64,000 nucleotides of DNA from the human T2T-CHM13v2.0 reference genome, Homo sapiens (GCF_009914755.1 NC_060931.1), one strand, 5' to 3'. Counted from the first letter of the stretch, positions 46,030-59,487 are shown. A program made the numbers and translations. The notes: generated by a model not told the origin, from the sequence alone.

Positions 46030-46660
46030 CACAAAGTATCCAGAGGTGTGTCTAGATTTGGAGTTGGGAAACCTCTGCTACCCCAACTTATCTGCACAGG
46101 AAGATGGGGCAGACTAAACTCCTAATTTAGAAGTGTCAGTGCTCCAAATGCCTTGATATATGCCTGGGAACCAAGTAGAGAGCACGCTGCTGCGCTAAGA
46201 TCTCTGCACTTGAAGAGGGGAGGTATCTGATGCTCCTAATCCAAGTAAGCAGGTGCGCCAAGTGTCTGGAAATATGTCCTGGCATGGGACAGAAAAGTAG
46301 CTGCTGCAAGGGGTAGATGAGGTAGATCAAGCTTCTAACCCAGTGGAGCAGGTATGCTTTAAGCTGGATGATATGCATGGAGAAGGAGTGGAGAAACAAC
46401 CACCACCACAAGGTTGTTGCACGGGATTAGAGGGGTAGCTTAAACTCCTAATTCATGGACGAAGGTGTGCCAAATACGTGGAACTACATCTGGGTCTAGA
46501 GATGGGGGAGTGCCCCTGCATCAAATTATTTGCATGAAAAGGAAGTGGTGGCCCAAGCTGTTATTCCATGAGGGCAGGTGCACCAAAAACCTGGAACGAG
46601 GTCCAGGTGTGGAGCAGAGAGTGTGCCACAGCACCAAGATCTCTGCACAGGAACGGTGGT
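46030..46660 (-). repeat. Degenerate ~112-bp tandem monomers in the L1 5'UTR
   Basis: ctcctaat-like anchors near 46119, 46233, 46332, 46444, 46557; tctgcac-like anchors near 46091, 46203, 46417, 46530, 46642. Confidence 0.75.
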
Positions 46661-48526
46661 GAATAGAAATAGAAACAAAATGAACTAAGTTCTAATTATA
46701 AGTCTGTTATATGTCTATGGAACTGAAGAAATGTATGACCTTGTATGCAGTGATTAATGAAAAATTATTTCCATTGATATCTGTTTCCATATTTAATTTG
46801 TCAACTGGGAAAATTATTATTTTAAGAAACACCTATTATGCACAACTTTAGCTAAAATTATATTTATTCTAGCTGGATTTACTATGTCAGGGTATTTGTC
46901 ATCCACCTAAAATATTTTATATCACAAAAGACACTTCAAATAAAAATTAACATGCATCTTAGAATTGTATAGCATTTGTGTCATTTTGCTCATATCATTT
47001 TATGTGTTTCTTGTAGATGAACAAGAAAATGTTTATAAGGCTCTTATTCCAACTTTTACATTGAATTTTTACCAGAACCTATTACAGAAATCATACTAGA
47101 ATTGTATTTTCACTGCATAAAGTCCTTTACTTTAGATTCATTCTTATAAGCCCGATATGTATGATTATTACTTATCTTCCAGAAATTGTTAAGTTGTTGA
47201 TGAACAAGGACTCCATTGTTCATTTGTAGCACATATTTTTTCATGCCTGCTTAGATCACATTCTCTACTGAAAGAATGAGTATAGGTTGTCAGATTTATA
47301 CCACAAACAGTTTTTCCTGTCCATTGCCAATTGAGCTGTAGATGAGTATTGGACCCAAAGAAATCCACCCAACTATAGGTCAAAGGGATAAGGTTTCTTT
47401 TGCAAACATCTTCAATTGGTTGATAATGGTCTTGGGAGTTGAATGGTTATGAACATTGGTGGATTGGAGCTCCTCTGACGAAGGAAAACCAGGGCTAAGC
47501 TGAGTTATGGAGATAGACACGATGAATAATCTGAGAAAACTAATCTGTTGACAGGCAAAAAATATCAGAAATAAAAAATCCATGTAGCCCAAAAAGGGAA
47601 GATGGAAGTGTGTGTCATTGATTCCCATACTTTCTTTGTAAGACTTCAAGCAATCGAAGCTAATGTTTTCTTGTTTATTTTTTTTTAATCAACTGGCTGT
47701 ACCTCTTGCAGTTTGACTTCAATTTTTTATCTTTTAAAAAGCTAACTTTTATATTTTTGTTCTGTGTGGGTTTCACTTCTTTGTAAAGAAAAAGCTTTGC
47801 CATTAAGTATCTGTAGTGAGCAGCAACTCTACAGGATCTATATGTATACTGCACACAGTGTAACTACTTGTTGTAACAATTTGGGCTTATAGAAAAATAA
47901 AATCATTGAAAAGATCTCTAGGATAGAGAGATGCATTTCTTCTTTCCAGTGGGATTTAATAATTTCTATTAGCAAGAAATTATATTTCCAGTATTCAGAT
48001 CTAGATACAAAATTACTTTATGCTCAGACTCTTTAGAATAACTTAGCCAGGAAGAAAGTATATATTCGAATATAGTACAGCCCTCTTTCATTCAAATGTT
48101 TTTATTCTTTTAATTTTAAGGTCCTTCTTGTCTACTTTATTTTTATATGAGACAAATAAATTGGCTTGGTAAGAGTTTTCCAACTCTCACAGACTTTGTT
48201 ACATAAAACATAAAGGTTTTTGAGAAGGAACTGGAAAAATTGCTTAGGGTGGCAAGTAGGTTTGGGGAAGTAAACAACTGAGGCTCAGACCCCTTTCATA
48301 TTTGATGATCAGTACAATTAGGCATCTCTGATGATTGAAATATCCTGATTGAAATCCACGAGCAGAAATGTGCAACAAAACCACCCCTCCAAAGGGGTAG
48401 CACATTATGAAAAACAAAGGAGTCCAGACCCGTGGCCAAAAAATATTATTAACCTAGAATATAAGTGGGAAAACCTAGTTCTAGGTATGCTGTGCATCTG
48501 TGGCAAGAAATACCTCCTGACCTAGC

Positions 48527-48642
48527 TGTGCATATATATATATATATATGTGTGTGTGTGTATATATATATACATATATATATACACACACACACATATA
48601 TATATATATATATGCACACACACACACACACACATACATATA
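48527..48642. repeat. Palindromic compound microsatellite (alternating purine-pyrimidine)
   Basis: tgtgca(ta)8(tg)6(ta)6ca(ta)5(ca)6(ta)8tgcaca, then (CA)n. Confidence 0.95.
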
Positions 48643-48935
48643 TTTTTTTCTTCTGGGACAGAGTCTGACTCTGCCACCCAGGCTGGAGTGCAGTGGTGTG
48701 ATTTGGCTCACTGCAACCTCCACCTCCTGGGTTCAAGCGATTCTTCTGCCTCAGCCTCCCGAGTAGCTGGGATTACAGGTACGTGCCTCCACACCTGAAT
48801 AATTTTTGTATTTTTAGTAGAAACAGAGTTTCACCATGTTAGCCAGTCTGGCCTCGAACTCCTGGCCTCAGGTGATCTGCCTGCCTCGGCTTCCCCAAGT
48901 GTTGGGATTACAGGTGTGAGCCACTGTGCCCGACC
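48643..48935 (-). mobile_element. AluSx-like SINE
   Basis: Full antisense Alu; cctcaggtgatc. Confidence 0.93.
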
Positions 48936-49773
48936 TATATTCTATATATTCTTAAATCACATATTGCAGATGATTGTCGGTTTGAATAATATGTAAAGAA
49001 CAGTGACACTAGACAGCAATGTGGACCTCGAGGGATGCTGGCTAGACAATAGGTGGAGAGAGATTATCTCTTCCATGCCTCCACCCTCTGATTAGATACT
49101 TTCAGACAGGCAATAGCATTATCCTAGCAGTGAACAGAAAATGAGTCAGATTTAGAAATACTGTTTGATGCAAACAAAACTTGAATATGACGAGAAAATT
49201 TGCACTACAAAGGAGAGCAATGCCAGCCAGATCAGTGAAGAATTCCTTCAGTTTCACCTGCCTTTGACTCTGGCTGCAAACTGCTGTGGTACTCTCATTT
49301 TATTATGGTACACCTGAGCTCTGTGTCCTCTTTCTTCTCAGATCCAGTTCTTCTATTGCTTTCAAAATCTTTAGGCAATATTCTTCTTCTCTCTGTAGAA
49401 AATATTTTATTATTTGTAAATAGAAGATTACTACTCATTTGAGTTTCATAGCTGGCCAATACCCATTTCTCCAATCTCATTGCCAACATTCACATGTGAC
49501 ATACCCTAAGTTCTCAACCAAATTCCCCCATTCTCTAGCCATCCTGTAGAACCTGAAATGAACCTCACCTCCTTCCCTAGACTCAAGGACAATTAAAGCA
49601 AAAAGAGTAAGTTATTTAACTACTTCCAGTGTTCAACATTGAATGTTACTGTCCTGAAGTGATCAGGCAAATGTTCTAGAAGAAAAGAACAGTGCTTTGG
49701 TCTTTAGTTTTACTTATTTATTCATTTATTAATTGAAAAACTTTTTATTGAATGCCTAGTATATAACAGGTAT

Positions 49774-50141
49774 TGATACAGTTTGGCTGTGTCCCCACCC
49801 AAATCTCATCTTGAATTGTAGCTCCCATATTCCCACGTCATGGGAGGGACCCAGTGGGAGGTAATAGAATCATGGGGAAGGGTCTTTCCTGTGATGTTCT
49901 CTTGATAGTGAATAAGTCTGAAGAGATCTGATGGTTTTATAAAAGGGAGTTCCTCTACATAAGCTCTCCTGCCTGCTGCCATGTAAAACATGTCAAGACA
50001 TGTTGCTTCCCCTTCTCCTTCCACCATGACTGTGAGGCCTCCCCAGCCATGTGGAACTGTGAGTCAATTAAAACTCTTTCCTTTATAAATTACCCAGCCT
50101 TAGGTATGTCTCTATTAGCAGCATGAGAACAGACAAATACA
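49774..50141 (+). mobile_element. THE1B MaLR solo LTR
   Basis: tgatacagtttggctgtgtccccacccaaatctcatcttgaattg...gagaacagacaaataca; 5-bp TSD ggtat. Confidence 0.92.
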
Positions 50142-50182
50142 GGTATTATTTATGCAGTATGCTAAACTAGTGTTTCTAAAGA

Positions 50183-50376
50183 ATGCCAAGATCAAGGTGC
50201 CAGCAAATTTGATCTGTTGGGCTTTCTCTTCTTCATAGACGGTGCCTTCTCCCTGTGTCCTCACATGGTAGAAGGGGAGAACTCTGGCCTTGGCAGCTCC
50301 TTATAATGACACTAGTCTCACTCATGAAAACTCCACCCTCATGACTTAATCATCTCCAAAGGCCCCATTTCTGTGT

Positions 50377-50419
<43 letters not shown>

Positions 50420-50787
50420 AAAGAGACAGAGTTTTGCTCTTGTTGCCCAGGCTGGAGTCCAATGGCACGATCTCGGCTCACCACAACCTCCACCTCCTGG
50501 ATTCAAGCGGTTCTCCTGCCTCACCCTCCGAGTAGCTGGGATTACAGGCATGCACCACCATGCTTGGCTAATTTTGTATTTTTAGTAGAGATGGGGTTTC
50601 CCCATGTTGGTCAGGCTGATCTCAAACTCCTGACCTCAGGTGATCTGCCTGCCTTGGCCTTCCAAAGTGCTAGGATTACAAGCGTGAGCCACTGCGCCTA
50701 GCCGGCCTCATTTCTTAATACAATCACACTGGGAATTGGGTTTCAACATAGGAATTTTGGGGAAACACAAACATTCAGAAAGTAACA
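50183..50787 (-). mobile_element. MLT1A-type LTR fragment interrupted by an Alu
   Basis: ccaagatcaaggtgccagca...ccctcatgacttaatca before the Alu; aacattcagaaagtaaca after it. Confidence 0.75.
50373..50703 (-). mobile_element. AluSp-like SINE with a (CA)n microsatellite tail
   Basis: gctcttgttgccc and ttggtcaggctg diagnostics; (TG)n at 50379-50416; TSD ggcc(c/t)catttct. Confidence 0.92.
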
Positions 50788-50907
50788 TCTCATAACTTAA
50801 GTACAATGATGTAACGCTAACAACACTTAAATACTACAATATAAAGTTAATGCATTTTATGTACATGATAAGAGAATAATGAGGGAAGAAAACAAGATAC
50901 TTCTTAT

Positions 50908-50944
<37 letters not shown>

Positions 50945-50980
50945 TCATAACAAAATAAAGAGGAAATACTCACGACAGTT
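50788..50980 (-). mobile_element. ERVL internal fragment containing a (CA)n run
   Basis: gagggaagaaaacaagata...ttcataacaaaataaagaggaaatactcacgaca resembles the ERVL-int 3' region. Confidence 0.5.
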
Positions 50981-50988
50981 TAAAAATC

Positions 50989-51256
50989 TGTTTTAGTTTG
51001 CTCAGGCTACCATAACAAAATATCACAGATGGGATGGCTTAAACAACAGAAGTTTATTTTCTCACAGTGCTGGAGAGAGAGGGCTCTGGTGTCTCTTTCT
51101 CTTCTTACAAGAACTCCAGACCTGCTGGATTAGGGCACACCCTTACATCCTCATTTAATTCCAGTTACCTCCCTAAAGGCCCTAACTCCAAATACAGTCA
51201 CAGTGGGGTCAGGACTTCAAGATATGAATTTGTAGGGAACAAGTCAGTTTATAATA
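50989..51256 (-). mobile_element. MLT1A/B-type LTR, internally deleted
   Basis: ccataacaaaatatcacaga...ggcttaaacaacagaa...ctccaaatacagtcaca. Confidence 0.8.
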
Positions 51257-51519
51257 GTATTCAATAGATTTTGATCCTTATTTTTATTATACTGGTAAAC
51301 AATAAATATTTGATTGTTAAATGTATTTGTATTAGTCGGGATATTGAATTTTTACTTTTAAAACTGTTAAAATGTATATATATGAAATAGATTTAACATA
51401 ATTTCCATTGACTAGAAAGCATAGCTTGTTTAATTGTGCTGCATTTTATTGCACTTCATGTATACTCTTTTTTACAAATTGCAGACAAGACAAAGGACTA
51501 ATACTTAAATGTATACTTT

Positions 51520-52020
51520 TCTAATAATTTTGTTATCTATATTATGGTCTTCATATATATGGTGGAAATGCTATATAGTGGTTTACTTCTGTGTAGTTTT
51601 TCAACACTGTGTTCGTTGATGTCATGTTGGTAGTGTGAAATAGGACATGATGAGAAAATTGGTGCCATGGCAATTAGAAGGCTTGATTTAGGTTTTTGGA
51701 TGGCTTTGATGTAATAAAATGATGAAGGATATATTAATAATGCAAATTATGTTTAAAAGTGTGTTGTATCTGCATCCATTTACATTGTGAATAGTCCAAA
51801 AATAGCCTAAAATCTGAAAAAATCTTTCAGTATTCATGAAAGATTATTTTATTCAGCAAAGAAGTTACTCACATCATTGACAAACGAGTGAAGGTTAGAC
51901 ATACATCTCTGTTTTATCACATTTGTCTTACTGATTAAGGTAAAAGGAAATGTCAGTCCATATTCATGATGAACTATGATCTTGCATCAACGACAGGAGC
52001 AACTTATTTGCTGAGTCAGA
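51520..52020. mobile_element. hAT-Tip100 (Arthur1-like) DNA transposon relic
   Basis: gatgtcatgttggtag...ttacattgtgaatag...attcagcaaagaagttactcacatcattgacaaacgagtgaag. Confidence 0.6.
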
Positions 52021-52134
52021 TTAAAACCATTTATTTAGAGTCTGTCTCTTTTGTCACACTATGCTGACAATAGAATAATAAAACCTGAGTGTACTTCAAG
52101 TTATAGGTGTAAACTGCAAATAAGGTGGGTATAG

Positions 52135-52447
<313 letters not shown>

Positions 52448-53103
52448 TAAAGTAAGCTTTATGTCTAAAATTATGTAATGTAGTTCTCAGCAGGGCTTTT
52501 TATGTTAGCAATCTAGTGGTGGCATTAATTTTGCTAACATTTGTAAGTGCATTTTTTTTAGCAAGCTGATCATTAATTTTCTAGTATATCACTTCCCCCA
52601 AGTCTCACTCAAGGGACTTTTTTAAGTTGCTAATTTGGAGTGGACATAGAAGTGGCAGTAAACAGTAACAAAACATTAACAGTCTATTTTTTATAGTTAT
52701 AACAAGAAAAAACTGTTATTATAATCCTTAGGCTTGCAAGAACTAAATATATATTTTGGTGAGCAGGAAACAACTGGTGAAAAGCTCTTTTCCCATTTCT
52801 TCCCTCTCACCACTTCTTTCTCACAGATCAAATATGGATATGGCTAGTCTGAAGTGAAGAGGAGTAGAAGGTCTGTGAAGCACCCATCACTCTTGAATAT
52901 TTGAGTGGAAAGCCATTGTTGGAAATGGAGTGAATGGCTTTCTTAGTCCTGGAACAGAAACCTCCCACTTAAGACAACATTGACTTTTCCCCTGCATGAC
53001 AATGATGCCTGCTCGATAAATATAAAGCAGATTTATTATTTTTTTAAATCCATTTCCTAACCAACACACTTGGGCTGTCATTGATTTTTTTGTTTATGTC
53101 TCT

Positions 53104-53407
53104 CTTTTTCTTTTTTCTTTTTTTTTTGAGATGGAGTCTTGCTCTGTCACACAGGCTGGAGTGCAGTGGTGTGATCTCTGCTCACTGCGAACTCCACCTC
53201 CCTGGTTCACGCCATTTCCTGCCTCAGCCTCCTCAGCAGCTGGGACTACAGGTGTCCACCACCATGCCCGGCTAATTTTTTGTATTTTTAGTAGAGACAG
53301 GGTTTCACTGTGTTAGCGAGGATGGTCTCGATCTCCTGACCTTGTGATCTGCCCGCCTCAGCCTCCCAAAGTGCTGAGATTACAGGCGTGAGCCACCACG
53401 CCCAGCC
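53104..53407 (-). mobile_element. AluY SINE
   Basis: ggttcacgccatt and gatggtctcgatctcc diagnostics; TSD tgtttatgtctct. Confidence 0.93.
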
Positions 53408-53668
53408 TGTTTATGTCTCTAAATAAGCTCTTTCTCCTTCTTTCTTTCTCTGCTCTGCTGTTAACTATAAGAGAGTTCAAAAATTCTAGCACTGTGGAAA
53501 CATTTTTCCAGGAACTTAATATAATGACTGTCTCTTCAGAAGTGAATGCTGAGGTTGATAACTGCAGCATTAGGTTACCGGTCAAAAAGGTGAGCACTCG
53601 TTAGGAGGGGTAGGAGAGATGAGCTAGTTTTAGGCATTTTCAGGCAGAGTACACGTGGGATATGCATC

Positions 53669-54025
53669 TGTCTAGTCCATTTAGGCTGTTATAACAAAAT
53701 ACTGTGACTCATTGGCATATGAATTAGATAAATTATTTCTCACAGTTCTGGAACCTGGGAAGTCCAAGATTTAGGTGCTGCAGAGTCAGTGTCTGGCGAG
53801 CGCCCATTTCCTGGTTCATAGAATAGTGCCTTCTCGCTGTATCCTATCATGGTGGAAAGAGTGAGGGAGCTCTCTCAGGTCTTTTATAAGGGCACTAATC
53901 CTATTTATGAGGACTCCACCCTCATGACCTGATCACCTTCCAAGGGCCAAAACTGTTAATACCATCACTTTGGGGATTATGATTTCAACACATGATTTAA
54001 GGTGGCCATAAAGACTCTGGCTACT
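53669..54025 (-). mobile_element. MLT1A-type MaLR solo LTR
   Basis: tttctcacagttctgga...gggaagtccaagat...ttataagggcactaatcc...ccctcatgacct. Confidence 0.85.
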
Positions 54026-54079
54026 GTATTATTTATTCTTTCTCTTTTTGAGAATAATGAAAACAGATATCTGTGTAGC

Positions 54080-54300
54080 AGTTTATGGTATATGTAGGGT
54101 GTACATATTATTTAAACCCCACAATCCCCACCACAACTTGTTTTAATGGGTGATATGTATATCTTGATTTTACCTCCAAGGAAAACTGTGAAACTGTGAC
54201 TTCAAGAAATAAAGTAATATTTTGAAAATACCATTTGAGTAGTAAGAATAAAGCAGAATCTTGAACTCAAAGCTTTTGATTACAAAGCTCAGTTTCTTTT
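54080..54300 (-). mobile_element. MIR relic
   Basis: Degenerate antisense MIR (gaaactg...ttgaactc). Confidence 0.45.
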
Positions 54301-54759
54301 CATCAAATTATGCTGTAACCCTTTTAGAGCAATGCTTTGCTATATGTAATGATGCCACATACCTTTTGGAAATTTCTATCTGGAATTACATTCGAGGTAT
54401 TTGTTTAGTTCATTAATAGTAAAATATATAGAATGAGCAAAATTAAATGTTTTATTTGTTTTAACCATATTTTTCTCACATCTGTAGCTTTTGCCACAAT
54501 TTCATCTTAAAGCTAGGGAGGCTTTAAAGTGTAAAGACAGATATGTGCTGTATTTTTTTGTTTGTGTATATGGATATTATATACTATAAAATAGGTTAAA
54601 TGGTCTTTTAATTTTTTGATACATAGTGTAAATTTTTGTATCTTTTAAAGTTTTGCACTTTGGAAAACTCAATGTATAAAAAACTTCTTTTTGTTAATTA
54701 GCAATAAAAAGAAATTCTGTAATTATACTCTCAGGTTAAAATATAAGAAGCAAAGAAAT

Positions 54760-54971
54760 ATAGTATGCAGTCCAATATGTAGCCACTACTCACATATGCC
54801 TACTTAAATATAAAATGATTAAAATCAAATAAAATGTCAAACTCAATTCTTCACTCTCACTAGCCATATCTCAAATGCTCAGTAGCCACATGTGACTAGT
54901 GGCTACCATGTTGAACAGCACAGATATAGAACATTTCATTCAAAGTGGAAAATTCTATCAAAAAGCACTAG
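54760..54971. mobile_element. MER3 (hAT-Charlie)
   Basis: tagccactactcacat...gctcagtagccacatgtgactagtggctacc...gatatagaacatttc. Confidence 0.8.
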
Positions 54972-54994
54972 GATATCATCTCAGCATTATGATT

Positions 54995-55209
54995 TAGAGA
55001 GGACCTGAGAGTCAAATTGGCCCTCCACCAGTTTTTTTAAACAAAATATTATGGGATCACAGCTATATCCATTTGTTTACAAGTAGTTTATGGCCATCCT
55101 GTCACCAGAAATAGCAGATTTTGAATAGTTGCAAGAGAGATCTTATGGCTCATGAACACTAAAATATTTATTATTTGGTCCTTTACAGAACACAATTTGC
55201 CAAACTCTG
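54995..55209. mobile_element. MER58A (hAT-Charlie)
   Basis: ctaaaatatttattatttggtcctttacagaa...tttgccaaactctg terminus. Confidence 0.78.
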
Positions 55210-56234
55210 ACCTAGAACTTCTTTTATAAGCAATTAGTGGTATGAATTTCTGGCTAAAATATTATTTTTATGAGTATTTATAATATTTTGACTTCCTAAT
55301 TCTCCTCTTCCTTCTCCTTCCTTCCTTCTCTATTTTCTGTTATTTCAATCATATATTTCTTTACTTGAGGAATTTCTTGGTAACTTGATAATGAATAGAA
55401 GAACTTGGACTTACATTCATAAATACTTTTATCATTTTTAGCCACCAAGACATTACAGTAAAAATACAGTAGTGTTTCTAATAAATGTCAGAGAACATCA
55501 TTATTCTGACATGTGATACTGGGATATGGAAAGGAAGCAATCATTCTGTTTTATGGACTTGAATAAAGAGGAAAGTCCTCCAGGAATGCAGTCTTATACA
55601 TACTTCCTCTTTTTTTTTTTTCAAGAGAAAGTTCATATTTCTAGTATTAGTGGATATGACTACTTTTCACTTTAGGTTAATTTATTTTAAAAAACTCTCT
55701 AAAGATAGGATTAAAAACTGTTAAGTTTTCTCATTCAATTCTTATCTAAAAACATTCCAAGACCCTCCTCAGCTCTTTGGCATAATAAAATGAATAGGAA
55801 AGAATTTTCTTTGATCTCATATGGAACAATAATGTCTACATAACATACAATTTACCTGCAAAAAAAATCCCTTGCTGCTTGAGGATAAATGCAGTTAAAA
55901 GTTGAATTCAAGTAAAACCCTTAGCTATGTAGTAATTGCCAATGAAATTTTTCTGTTTATTAGCAGTGATAGCCCCCTGATAAGAAAATCTATTAGGCAT
56001 TTTTCACACGTGGCAAAGCAAATATTCCTTTGACTCTGGATGGATAAAACAATTTACCTAACATTTGGGTAGGTCCTTTACTGTGCATCATTTCATTCAT
56101 TTTGCCCAGTATTTAAGAAATAACTGAGACATGGTAACATGAGTTATCTACCCCATCTAATACACTGTAATAGTCATATACACCCACCTGGCATTTACAC
56201 AGCGTTATATGGGAAAGAATTCATGGCACAGTGT

Positions 56235-56645
56235 ATCCTAGCTCTGCTTCTTAGTAGCTGTGTAGTCTCCCACAAGTTACTTAATTTTTCTGTTTTTCAT
56301 ATTTCTCATCTATAAAACAGGGATTAAAAAGTATGCATATGTCATGGGATCGTTTGAGAATGGAATGAATTAAATGCTTGTGAAATCCTTTCAGCAGTGC
56401 CCCAGTAAGCGCTGCCTAAATATTAGAGAGAGCCGTGTTATTCCTGGTGGAAAAATAACATGCATCAGAACCAGTCAGTTTTGTCCTTAAATCCTAGTTC
56501 TTCACTTCTTGTCTTGTTAAATTCATTGAGTCTCATCTTTTTCATCTGTAAAATGAATGTAATACCTAGTCTCAGTAGTTGTAGTAAGGTGCAGTGAGAA
56601 AATAATGTAGCATGCCTGGCATATAATAAAATGCTAATAAGTGGC
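56235..56645 (+). mobile_element. Two tandem MIR relics
   Basis: atcctagctctgc...tttctcatctataaaacaggg and tttcatctgtaaaatg cores. Confidence 0.7.
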
Positions 56646-58071
56646 AGTTTATATTAACATAATTGTGTAAATAGGAAGACTACAAATTAGCTGACTTGTT
56701 TAGTTAGTCAAGCCAGCCAACATATATACAATTTTAAGCTCATTTCCCCAAATATCCTCTGAGACAAGCCTTGTTAAAATTGTTGAACAAATGTCTAACC
56801 AGTGAACTTTGCGCTTGCCTTTCAAGAAAGGCGTACTCTTTGCCTTTGCCAATACACGACTTCCACTCCTGTGGAGTTAAGCTGAGAAACATGACTTCAT
56901 AGACCATGAGAATTGCATGCAGGCTGAAATTATGGAGAACAAGCTCCTCATTCACAGATGAGGTCAGTGAGATTCACAAAGGTTAAACTATCCCCCCAGA
57001 GTTGCACAGCTATTTGGCCAAATTTCTTCCAGGAAGCTGGACTGACCCCAGCCCATACTGTTTCTTCCATTACATTGCATTTAGTATTTATATATGCTTA
57101 TTTTGGATACTTGTTTATATTACTTCAGGGATGTTCTCTCTAGCATAGGCATATAAATTTTCCCCAAGTCCTATGATTCTTGAAAAGCAGAATCTTGGTT
57201 GTTTTTTTTTTTTTTTTTTTAGTCCCTGTTAAGCAGATGCATTCGTGTTATGAACAAATTGATGAATATTTATTTAACCAGTGAAATTGTTATGTGTTTC
57301 ATATAGACTGAAAATTCTAGTGCGTGAGGAGGAAGTGGAGCAAGATGGTCTAACAGAAGCCTCCTGTGATCTTCCCCTCCCCATGCAGGAACACCAAATT
57401 GAGGAACTATCCACAAAACAAAACAAAACAAAAACATTTCATAACATTCAAAAGTCAGGTGAGTGATCTCAGTAAGAAGCACTGGAGGGGGCAGGAAAGA
57501 CAGTTTTGAACCACCTACAACACCCCTCCCCTACTCCCTGGCAGCAGCCACATGGTGCAGAGAGAATCTGCGCTCCTGATGAGGAGACAGTGTGGTGACT
57601 ATGGGACCTTCATTAGAACTCAGTGCTGCTCTGTCACAGCAGCAAACGACATGGGGCAGAGCTTGGCTGACACCAATGGAGAGAGCATTTATACCAGCCC
57701 TAACCAGAGGCAAATTGTCCTTGCCTGCTGTGAAAACCTGAGTCTAACTAGCCCCAACACTGGTGGCAAAAGCACTGTGGGGTCCTAAATAAACCTGAAA
57801 GACAGTCTAGGCCACAAGGACTGTAGTTTCTAGACAAGTCCTGGTGCTGTCCTGGGCTCGGAACTAGTGGACTTGGGGCATATGATCTATTGAGATACTA
57901 GCCATGGGGGCCAAGGGTGTGTTTGCATCACCCCTCCTCCAACCCCAGGCAGTACAACTCACAGTTTCGGTTCCGGGAGAGATTCCTTCCCTCTGCTTGA
58001 GGATAGAGAGGGGAAGAGTAAAGAGGACTTTGTCTTACAACTTGGATACCAGCTCAGCCACAGTAGAATAG

Positions 58072-59487
58072 TGAGAGGTGCCACACAGCCCTCGCTTGCT
58101 CTCAGCGCCTCCACAGCCTTGGCACCCACTCTGGCCGCACTTGAGGAGCCCTTCAGCCCGCCACTGCACTGTGGGAGCCCCTTTCTGGGCTGGCCAAGGC
58201 CGGAGCCGGCTCCCTCAGCTTGCCGGGAGGTGTGAAGGGAGAGGAGCGGGCGGGAACCGGGGCTGCTTGCCGGCCAGCGCGAGTTCTGGGTGGGTGTGGG
58301 CTCGGCGGGCCCCACACTCTGAGCGGCCGGCCGGCTCTGCCGGCCCTGGGCAATGAGGGGCTTAGCACTCGGGCCAGCGGCTGCGGAGGGTGTGCTGGGT
58401 CCCCAAGCAGTGCCGGCCCACCGGCGCTGCACTCGATTTCTCGCTGGGCCTTAGCTGCCTCCCCGAGGGGCAGGGCTCCGGACCTGCAGCCCGCCATGCC
58501 TGAGCCTCTCCCCCACTCCGTGGGCTCCTGTGTGGCTGGAGCCTCCCCGACAAGCGCCGCCCCCTGCTCCACGGGGCCCAGTCCCAACGACCACCCAAGG
58601 GCTGAGGAGTGCGGGCACATGGCGCGGGACTGGCAGGCAGCTCCACCTGCGGCCCCGGTGCGGGATCCACTGGGTGAAGCTAGCTGGGCTCCTGATTCTA
58701 GTGGGGACTTGGAGAACCTTTCTGTCTAGCTAAGGGATTGTAAATACACCAATCGGCACTCTGTATCTAGCTCAAGGTTTGTAAACACACCAATCAGCAC
58801 CTGTGTCTAGTTCAGGGTTTGTGAATGCACCAATTGATACTCTGTATCTAGCTACTCTGGTGGGGACTTGGAGAACCTTTGTGTCCACACTCTGTATCTA
58901 GCTAATCTAGTGGGGAGGTGGAGAACCTTTGCATCTAGTTCAAGGATTATAAACACACCAATCAGTACCCTTTCAAAACAGACCACTCCGCTCTCTGTAA
59001 AATGGACCAATCAGCAGGATGTGGGCGAGGCCAGATAAGAGAATAAAAGCAGGCTGCCGGAGCCAGCAGTGGCAACCCGCTGGGGTCCCCTTCCACACTG
59101 TGAAAGCTTTGTTCTTTCACTGTTTGCAATAAATCTTGCTACTGCTCACTCTTTGGGTCCACACTGCCTTTATGAGCTGTAACACTCACCATGAAGGTCT
59201 GCAGCTTCACTCCTGAAGCCAGCGAGACCACGAACCCACTGGGAGGAACGAACAACTCCAGATGCACCACCTTAAGAGCTGTAACATTCACGGCGAAGGT
59301 CTGCAGCTTCGCTCCTGAGCCAGCAAGACCAGGAACCCACCAGAAGGAAGAAACTCCGAACACATCCGAACATCAGAAGGAACAAACTCCGGACACGCCG
59401 CCTTTAAGAACTGTAACACTCACCGCGAGGGTCCGCAGCTTCATTCTTGAAGTCAGTGAGACCAAGAACCCACCAATTCCGGACACA
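58072..59487 (+). mobile_element. LTR12C-type (ERV9) solo LTR
   Basis: tgagaggtg...ccaattccggacaca termini; 4-bp TSD atag; CpG-rich 5' part; tandem tctagct/ccaatc enhancer repeats; U5 repeats ctgtaacactcacc. Confidence 0.95.
58749..59133 (+). promoter_or_regulatory. LTR12 enhancer/promoter (NF-Y CCAAT array, TATA-like box, polyA signal)
   Basis: CCAAT at 58749, 58790, 58830, 58958, 59007; aataaaa at 59042; AATAAA at 59128. Confidence 0.7.

Noticed and set aside
46030-46660. CRISPR-like or novel satellite array
   Set aside because: Units are contiguous degenerate monomers without unique spacers, in a eukaryotic L1 5'UTR
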